Shown piece by piece: positions 57,400 through 64,000 of a DNA stretch of 64,000 nucleotides. The notes beneath the pieces are model-generated. The model saw only the letters and a list, made by a program, of their open reading frames with translations. It was not told the DNA's origin and did not search any database. Within the stretch, counting starts at the first letter, position 1. The number at the start of each line of letters is the position of its first letter. Position numbers and translations under genes: made by a program. The DNA comes from a virus (lineage: Duplodnaviria > Caudoviricetes), in the IMG/VR virus record IMGVR_UViG_3300047160_002455, positions 13,048 through 77,047 of that record; one strand, written 5' to 3'.

Positions 57400-58458
57400 T
57401 CAAGAGATTTCTGACAAGGCATCCCAACGAATACCTTTGATCGTAGCGCGCGTGTCCAGTCTACGGATGGTCGCTGTCTTTGACCGTCCATCGGTCGCTA
57501 GGATTTCCGCTTCCACTTTGATTTTCCGATTCGTTTTCGGGTTGAGCACATGGTAGTTAGCGACGGCACCCTTTTCCGGTTTCCACGGTACCTCCTGCTC
57601 CAGCTGTTCCTCCGTGCCGCCCTCATTGGTGCCTTGTAGCATTGTAGCAATCTCTGACCAATCCTTCGCGTCGCTAATGTCATCCTCCGTGTATCCAGCG
57701 CTCAATGCCATCGACTTGAGTTCATCCTGCGCGGCGCGGTCCTGATTGTCGGCACGGGTTCCCAGTGCTTCCAGGTTCACCAGGATGTCGCTGTGCTGCT
57801 CCGCGTCGGCAATTGCAGCACCAGACACCATTTCGCGACCGTTCCCGGTGTAGTCCATCGGTCCCGTGGGGTTATCGGGGTTGTAGTCCGCTGCCGCCCC
57901 ATACCAACTTTCAAATACGCGGGGCGTCGGATACTGCTCCGATGGGTCGCCCGCCCGCGTGCCAAATCGGATAAAGGGACCGGCGCGTTCCAATGCTTCG
58001 AGGCGCGTCTGCAGATCCGCTTCGCTCTTGATGCCATGCGTGATTTCGTCACCACCGATGGTCCGCAGATCGTTCAACATCCGCTGGATGTTTTTATCGG
58101 CAGGGGTTATTTCACCAGTCCGCGCCGATTTGGTGGCGCACATCGGGTACATGACCGATGTTTGCAGACCCTTGATAGCGACTTCGCGGCTGCTGACCAC
58201 GCGCACGTCACCATCTTCCCAAACCCGTTGCGTATCGACGGCGCGGGCAGGTTCAAACACGGTTGCTGCCATGCGGACGTAACGCTCGCCCTTGTTCGCG
58301 CCGTCCTTGTAAGTGCCCAGCTTGGCACTCACTAGCTGCGCCACACCACCCGTAATGCCCCCAGGCAGGCGCGTGTAGTCTTGACGCTGTTCTGTGGGAT
58401 CGTCGGCATGAGCCGCCAGAGATGCGTTCAGATTCGACTGACCCTTTTGCATCGGCAT
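57400..58458 (-). CDS. acidic replication/recombination protein (SSB-like by position)
   Basis: 352 aa, acidic C-terminal half, GGAG SD. Co-located with AAA ATPase and nuclease. Function inferred only. Confidence 0.5.
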   Translation of the reverse strand: MPMQKGQSNLNASLAAHADDPTEQRQDYTRLPGGITGGVAQLVSAKLGTYKDGANKGERYVRMAATVFEPARAVDTQRVWEDGDVRVVSSREVAIKGLQTSVMYPMCATKSARTGEITPADKNIQRMLNDLRTIGGDEITHGIKSEADLQTRLEALERAGPFIRFGTRAGDPSEQYPTPRVFESWYGAAADYNPDNPTGPMDYTGNGREMVSGAAIADAEQHSDILVNLEALGTRADNQDRAAQDELKSMALSAGYTEDDISDAKDWSEIATMLQGTNEGGTEEQLEQEVPWKPEKGAVANYHVLNPKTNRKIKVEAEILATDGRSKTATIRRLDTRATIKGIRWDALSEIS

Positions 58459-58482
58459 AAAGGAACTCCCATTGTACAGGAA

Positions 58483-58770
58483 CTATTGAATCACGACACC
58501 AAGGATTTCGTCCTCAATCATGCAAAGGAACTCCCCTTCATCGGCGCGGATTTTCCGCCCGCTGACATCGGCAACGACCTCGACTAAATCCCCTTCTTTC
58601 ACCTGTTTACACTCTGGACCGATGCCGACTACCCGCGCTTTGGTCGGATGCGACATATCCAGTCCAGACTGCGCCGGTAAGACCAGACCCGCTTTCGTCT
58701 TGGTCTCCGTCAACAGTTCCATCAGCACTTTTTTGCCGACAGGTTTGATCCATGCTTTAGCGCGCTCCAT
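58483..58770 (-). CDS. groES: co-chaperonin GroES (Cpn10)
   Basis: IKPVGKKVL...KTKAGLVLP...ARVVGIGP...VKEGD.V...EDEILGVV. Confidence 0.85.
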   Translation of the reverse strand: MERAKAWIKPVGKKVLMELLTETKTKAGLVLPAQSGLDMSHPTKARVVGIGPECKQVKEGDLVEVVADVSGRKIRADEGEFLCMIEDEILGVVIQ

Positions 58771-58786
58771 CGAGGTTTCCTTTCTG

Positions 58787-58825
58787 AAAAAAATGCCTCT
58801 CCCCTGTCTCGATTATCGGGGTGGC
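58787..58825 (-). terminator. intrinsic terminator after solitary repeat unit
   Basis: GCC-CCCC...GGGG-GGC stem followed by T7 on the - strand. Confidence 0.55.
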
Positions 58826-58885
58826 TGCCATACCTTGCCACATGATGCCTTTCCCCGACCCACCACAGCGTGCCATACCTCAGAC
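58821..58885 (-). ncRNA. solitary GGY-NN guide-like unit
   Basis: Same anchor (GGCA-GCC) and 11 in-phase pentamers as the large array. Starts at the AAA gene stop codon. Confidence 0.7.
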
Positions 58886-59761
58886 GCTTTCCCCAGCTAT
58901 CAGCTTTATTAGCTTGTGGTAGCTAGGATTGTTGATGCTGTCCGGTAGGACCACGCCATCTGGTAGTCTAAACCCGGTTGCAAAAACCGGATGCGGTCCA
59001 ATTCGCAAGCGGTATTCGATTTTACCAGACTTCTGCGCCATTTTCGTAACCTTGCCAGCGATGGTCATTTCTTGCGTAACGACTTCTTCCGCCACGTATG
59101 CTTGACACAGGTAATCGCAAGCGGTGCTTAACCAGCCGCTGACCGATGGCATCAGCGCCGCGCCAACGCTAGGCACCATTACATCGCTTGCTTGTTCGTC
59201 CATTCCGAAGTTGCGCTCGTGGGAGATGATTATCAGATTCGTGCCGGTGTCCGCCAGGTCGAGAAAATCGCGCAAATGCTTTTTCATCTGCGCCCCGATT
59301 GCCTGCCATTGGCTTTGTTGTGCCATTCCCCAACTGCCTTGCAAGGGAATCTCCTCAAGACCTAGCACCTCCTTTAAGACGATATCCTGCAAACCGCCCG
59401 CATGGTCAAGGCACAGAGAAGCATAGCCGCGCTTAGCGCGGTCGATCAAGGGAGCAATCCAAGCGCTCCGGTTGACCAGAGCAAAGTCTATGCCAATCTC
59501 ACGACCCTGGACCAACAGCGAATAGATGACCGGTCCATCCGGCAGCTGCGCTTTCAGCTTGCGCCCGGTGGCAATGGACTTTGTGCCGTCTTCAGTACCG
59601 ATAATGATTAGTGGTTTGGGGAAGGTAGATGCCAAGCGCGTCTTGCCAACCTTGGCGCGACCGTAGCAGCTTAGCTTGATTCCTAGATCATTCGTGGCAT
59701 GGGTCTGCGGCAGTGGGGGGGGTTTCACCGCCCTTGGGGACTGTTTGGTCACTAGAGGCAT
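58880..59761 (-). CDS. AAA_24 / Sak4-like ATPase
   Basis: YGRAKVGKTRLA (Walker A), LIIIGTEDG, LDHAG, IIISHE. Confidence 0.85.
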   Translation of the reverse strand: MPLVTKQSPRAVKPPPLPQTHATNDLGIKLSCYGRAKVGKTRLASTFPKPLIIIGTEDGTKSIATGRKLKAQLPDGPVIYSLLVQGREIGIDFALVNRSAWIAPLIDRAKRGYASLCLDHAGGLQDIVLKEVLGLEEIPLQGSWGMAQQSQWQAIGAQMKKHLRDFLDLADTGTNLIIISHERNFGMDEQASDVMVPSVGAALMPSVSGWLSTACDYLCQAYVAEEVVTQEMTIAGKVTKMAQKSGKIEYRLRIGPHPVFATGFRLPDGVVLPDSINNPSYHKLIKLIAGESV

Positions 59762-60041
59762 GGGGTCTCTCCATCATTGCCTTTGAAAGCGCCCCCAGTG
59801 CCGCCAGTATCTTCAAGGTTGCCTCGTCCCGGTCGGCAATCTGTTTTACTTCCGCTAGCTGTTTCTCCGTCAGGGGTGGACCAACCGCCCCCTCGCTAGC
59901 AAGCCATTCTTGGCACTGCAGGCATTCCCGCCAGTGTGCGTAGACGATAGCGCGTAACAGCGTCGGCACGTCACCGAAGTTATTGCCGGTGCATACGTCA
60001 CGGAACTCTTGGCACGTCACCTTTTCCCGGTGCATCTCCAT
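59688..60041 (-). CDS. small protein with anti-sigma-type zinc finger (zf-HC2-like)
   Basis: TCQEFRD...AHWRECLQCQEWL (C...HxxxCxxC). Confidence 0.55.
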   Translation of the reverse strand: MEMHREKVTCQEFRDVCTGNNFGDVPTLLRAIVYAHWRECLQCQEWLASEGAVGPPLTEKQLAEVKQIADRDEATLKILAALGALSKAMMERPHASSDQTVPKGGETPPTAADPCHE

Positions 60042-60213
60042 GTCCTCCTGCTGCTCTTAGTTTCGCTTCGTGGACCTCCAGACGATCAATTGTAATCTCT
60101 TTCGGCGCGGTTATGCCCAGCCTCGACATTCCCTGCCGCGCTTCCAGCACCTCAACTCGGATGTTTCCAGCAATTACGATAACCTCACCCACCTGCCGGG
60201 TTAAGACAAGCAT
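59998..60213 (-). CDS. csrA: carbon storage regulator CsrA/RsmA homolog
   Basis: MLVLTRQVGEVIVIAGNIRVEVL...RLGITAPKEITIDRLEV. Confidence 0.9.
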   Translation of the reverse strand: MLVLTRQVGEVIVIAGNIRVEVLEARQGMSRLGITAPKEITIDRLEVHEAKLRAAGGHGDAPGKGDVPRVP

Positions 60214-60246
60214 GGACAGCCTCCGGTGGCGACTGCTGTTGTTCCG

Positions 60247-61335
60247 TCACGATTGTAACTCGCTAAATAGGGTGTCGGTTCTGCTCAGACCAACCATGCT
60301 CCCGCTTTCTAGGTAGGAATCAAGATCACTGGAACCGTATTCGTCCAGTGTATTGACGCAGCCGAACGGATGCCGCCAGTGGCGGCACTCGACCCGATAG
60401 CTGTCAAATGGTTTGTGCCCACGATCCCGCAATGATCGCTGCGCGTCGTACCAACGGCATAGTTCTTCTAGGATGGGATCGAGGCATTCATCCCGAAACC
60501 TCTTGATGTCCCCTGCCGTAACTGTCACTGCCCAGCGCATGAAGAAATCATCAGGCGCATTCTCAATTATACCAGCTAACCGCGCATAGAACTCCGCCCT
60601 CGACTCTTCCGGTTTATTCTTCGTGCCCTTATGGCGCGTGATAGTTCCCTTGCCCCCAGACAAGGGACGGCGCACCACGTTGTAACGCACACCTGCCAGT
60701 GGCGCGTCTTGATGCCGTTCCAAGGCAACCATGTAGAGCATAGTTTGCAGATCAAAACTCAGCTGCCGTTGTAACTCCAGCGGTCGGATGTCTGCTTTCG
60801 TTTTGTTTTCCTGCAGCCACACCTTGTTGCCCACCAAATCGACCGAATCCCACTTGCCGCGCAAACGGATTACACGGTCGGATGGCAGACGATAGGAAAT
60901 GTCAAAGACGTGCTCTTGCAACAGCGGTTGCTGTTCACGCAAATCGGGGTGCTCTTGCCAATGCCGCACATAGATAGGAAATTGAGCGCGGCAGACACAA
61001 TGCCAATGGTCGATCTGCTCTTGTTGGGTCGGATAGCGGCGGCACAACTCTTTAGCAAATGCCGTTAGCGGTTTCTCCCACGGTTGCCGCGCTGCCAGGG
61101 ATTGCTCCGCAGTATGCCATAATTCACCGTAACCCAAACGGTGATTCCAAACGTCCGCTGGGCGCAATCCCTCAATTGCGTACAACCGGAACCGTTCGCG
61201 GCAAGTCAGGAAGCGGGAAAGAAGTGAAAAAGTGACGCCACCATTGGAACCGCGCCCGCCCGGACCCGACCACAACGGGGCGTCACTCTTGGGCACATCG
61301 GCATGTCGAGTAAGCAGACTGTCGATTTTCGGCAT
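60247..61335 (-). CDS. PD-(D/E)xK nuclease (RecB/Cas4-like exonuclease)
   Basis: SLLSRFLTCRERF, GELWH, RGKWDSV...LQENKT, QTMLY. Confidence 0.8.
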   Translation of the reverse strand: MPKIDSLLTRHADVPKSDAPLWSGPGGRGSNGGVTFSLLSRFLTCRERFRLYAIEGLRPADVWNHRLGYGELWHTAEQSLAARQPWEKPLTAFAKELCRRYPTQQEQIDHWHCVCRAQFPIYVRHWQEHPDLREQQPLLQEHVFDISYRLPSDRVIRLRGKWDSVDLVGNKVWLQENKTKADIRPLELQRQLSFDLQTMLYMVALERHQDAPLAGVRYNVVRRPLSGGKGTITRHKGTKNKPEESRAEFYARLAGIIENAPDDFFMRWAVTVTAGDIKRFRDECLDPILEELCRWYDAQRSLRDRGHKPFDSYRVECRHWRHPFGCVNTLDEYGSSDLDSYLESGSMVGLSRTDTLFSELQS

Positions 61336-61377
61336 CCGTTCCTCACGGTGAAAACGACCGCCTCTCGATTGTAACAG

Positions 61378-61409
61378 AAAAAAGCAGGGATGCCGGGCAG
61401 CATCGCCCT
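61378..61409 (-). terminator. intrinsic terminator closing the repeat array
   Basis: AGGG-ATGC/GCAT-CCCT stem followed by T6 on the - strand, right after the last array unit. Confidence 0.6.
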
Positions 61410-61422
61410 AACCTTTCTGTGC

Positions 61423-64000
61423 TTAACCCGGCACCCTGCGCTCTCCCGTGACCGCCCAGACGCGCCTAAACCCATCCTAACTAAGCACGACAGAGCACGG
61501 CATGGCTGCCATGTCTGGGCTCGTCTGACCAAAGCAGACCCAGACGCGCCTTACACCTCGACTGCCACACCATACCACGAAACGTCTCACCAAGTCTCAA
61601 CAGACCCCGCCTTGGATGCCGCGCCAGACCAAAACCCGGCTTGCCCCGCCCAGACCTGCCTCGACTGCCACGCCTCACCGGAGCCAAACTCACCCCGGCA
61701 GAACTTGACAAACCCGGACATGGCAGCCTCGACTGACCGCGCCTCTCCTTTCCAGGGCTTACCCGGACTAGACCGCCAGACCAATCCTAACCTGACCGCG
61801 CCTCGACTCTCCATGTCATGACAGGGCAGGACTCGACTGCCTCACCAGACAGGCAACTGTCCATGTCTCGACTCCTCAAGACACACCACAGCAAGCGTCA
61901 TCATGACCGCCTTGCCTCAGCTAAGCTAAACAGGACACAGCTTGACTAAACTGACCATGACCGCCTTACCATAGGTAACCCGGACACACCTGGACAGCCT
62001 AGCCGAACCCAGACATGAAACCATGACTGCCACACCAAGCGCAGACACACCGGACCACTCCTAAACGTGTCTCAGCTTGCCATGACCGCCACGACATACC
62101 CCACCTTAATAAGACTCACCTCGACTCGACAAACCATGTCTGCCGCGCCCCACCCAGCCTGACCGCGTCTCGACTCTCCAGACCATGCCATAACGCGCCA
62201 AGACTGCCGAAACTCACCGTGACATACGCCACCTGTCCTCGTGGCAACATGCCACTCCGTAGCCGGGCAGACCAAACCTCGACTGCCAAGACTTACCTTG
62301 CGACAGCTTGCCAATCCATAGCATACCGCGCCTTAGCGTGACTGCCACAACGGACCATGCCTTGACTCAGCGCAGCTTTCCCTGCCACAGCGCAGATGCC
62401 ACAACACACGAGACCAGTCCCAGACATATCGCGACTCGCGACACCAAGACCGCCGAGCCAAACCCAGACACAGGACTCCGTTCCTTGCCTTAGCCTACCA
62501 TAGCCCTCCATGACTTACCTAACCACACCAGAGCAGCCCAAACTCACCGTGACTTGCCCCGCCGATCCCCGACGTGCGCCGCCGCGCCAGCGAGACCATG
62601 CCTTGCGAAGCCCGACGTAGCCTTACCCGGACACACCTAGACTGCCAAGCCGAAGCTAACGCCGCCTCTCCCGAACCGGACAGACCTCGACACGGCATGA
62701 CTGCCAAGCGTCACCGGACCTCAGCACGGCACACCAAGACAGACCCGGCATTGCCTCGACTGCGCTACCACAACACACCGTGCCTAGCCCAGTCCAGAGC
62801 AACCGAAGCGCGACTGCCAAACCAAGCCAGAACTGACCACCCCGCGCTACACCGTGCATTGCGGTGCCTGAGCAGCGCAGCCAGACCCTGACTCAACCAG
62901 CCTCTTCTTGGCTAGTCACACCAAGTCAGCCTCACCCCGACTTAACTCGACTTGTGAAAGCCGAACCAGGGCAGCCTGACCCGACCTAGCCTTGACCGAT
63001 CCAGACACACCTGAGCGCGACTGGGATACCATGCCTCAACATTCCATGCCGCAACAGGGCTGTCCGAGACTGACCTTGGCATGTCACGACCGCCTAGAGA
63101 AGACACGACCTTCCCAGACGAAACATGCTGCACCACGGCAGCGTTACCGCGCCAGGTCTCAACAGACCATTCCGCGCCAGGGCTCGTGTTGCCCTACCTC
63201 GACTGCCGCGCCAGGTCTGACCGTGACAAAACCCGTCTCTCCAGAACGCGCCACGGCAGCGGTGCCTTACCAAGACTAGACGCTCCTCAACTGCCTAAGC
63301 GCGCCTCTCCTCAACTCACCGAGACAGAACACGGCAGCCTAACCCTGCCAGGGCGGACGTAGCCAGGGATGCCATAACGCGCCTTTCCATGTCATTCCTT
63401 ACCAAGCCGTGCGCCACCGGACCCAGACGCACCATAGCACGCCCAGACCGGACACGACAGCCAGACCATGCGCCAACGGAAGCCAACTCAACTCTCCAGA
63501 CCACAGCGCGACATGGCTGCCACGCCCCGCCGCTGCCCGACGTACCTAGACCAGACTTGACAGCCACAGCTTACCAAGCCGGGACGGAACTCAGCGCAAC
63601 AGAACATAACAAACCTCGACTGCCGTACCCCGCCAAGCCGGAACGGAACTTAACGTAACACGGCATGACAGGACTCACCATGACCGCCATGCGCTGCCAC
63701 GCCTTTCCTTATCGGGATCGTGACATAGCAGACCAGGGCTGCCATAGCTTGCCTTCACACGACTGAGCACAGCTAGCCATGTCTGCCACACCTAACCGGG
63801 GCGGACCTCTCCCAGACTAACCAAGACAGCCTAGCCATGCCTAGACTCTAGGACAGGACTTGCCATAACACACCGTGTCTGCCGCAACCCACCGTACCAG
63901 ACCGCGCCCGGACTCGACTGCCGAACCTGACCCCGCCCGACCCTGCCGGGACGAAACAGAACGCACCGGACCCAGACTGCCGGAACGCACCGGGACAATC
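61423..64000 (-). repeat. array of about 45 GGY-NN pentamer units (putative non-contiguous guide RNA array, VIPR-like); runs off window edge
   Basis: Strict 5-nt periodicity (- strand GGY+NN, with variants GTC/GTT/GCT/GAC/GGA). A 4-nt anchor GGCR/GGCT plus GTC/GCC resets the phase every 6-17 pentamers. No credible ORF. NN positions decode to conserved protein motifs. Confidence 0.92.

Larger units (their letters stand above)
1..64000. mobile_element. tailed phage / prophage genome segment (siphovirus-like, probable planctomycete host)
   Basis: Capsid, neck, tail tube, tail chaperone, tape measure, primase-helicase and polA in phage order. Two opposing transcription blocks converge near 39.8 kb. 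No tail sheath or integrase seen in the window. Confidence 0.95.

Noticed and set aside
61390-63658. Many 60-143 aa ORFs called on both strands in the repeat region
   Set aside because: Low-complexity translations produced by the 5-nt periodicity. No SD sites, no coupling and mutually overlapping.
61423-64000. CRISPR array or tandem interspaced (TIGR-type) array
   Set aside because: No 20-48 nt identical repeats or contiguous spacers. Conservation alternates 3 nt constant and 2 nt variable.
61423-64000. Replication-origin iterons or microsatellite expansion
   Set aside because: Units do not share their variable positions, and those positions decode to distinct conserved protein motifs, which slippage would not produce.
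1-64000. tRNA, rRNA or integrase/att site
   Set aside because: None recognised by eye. A tRNAscan-SE/Infernal run would be needed to exclude short RNAs.

Overview
The whole window is part of a tailed (siphovirus-like) phage or prophage genome. The host is most likely a planctomycete (Gemmataceae-like), judged from a LEPR-XLL-type leader and several protein families I recognise from that group. The + strand (1-39767) carries the HK97-fold major capsid gene, an accessory block of secreted and membrane proteins (class 3 lipase, S1 protease, Pro/Gly-rich proteins), neck and tail genes with a -1 frameshift chaperone and a 1390-aa tape measure, Cys-rich tail-tip genes, and an 11-kb glycan synthesis island. 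The - strand (39801-64000) carries early and replication genes: four ParB-superfamily proteins, four DNA methyltransferases (one frameshifted), a primase-helicase, a family A DNA polymerase, GroES, CsrA, an AAA ATPase and a PD-(D/E)xK nuclease. The main find is at 61423-64000. It is a non-coding array of about 45 units, each made of 6-17 GGY-NN pentamers. Reading only the variable NN dinucleotides as codon positions 1-2 spells conserved motifs of helicases (DExH three times, GTGSGKT, KGLEF), DNA methyltransferases (NPPF, DPPF, DPPY), a GHKL ATPase and a QxK nuclease. This points to an RNA-guided, wobble-skipping DNA-targeting system (VIPR-like, as I recall that family) aimed at restriction/defence genes and competing phages. 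A solitary unit at 58821-58885 nearly matches the neighbouring AAA gene. The protein partner is not in the window and is predicted just beyond 64000. All parsing was done by hand, no database searches were run, and family names come from motif recognition.
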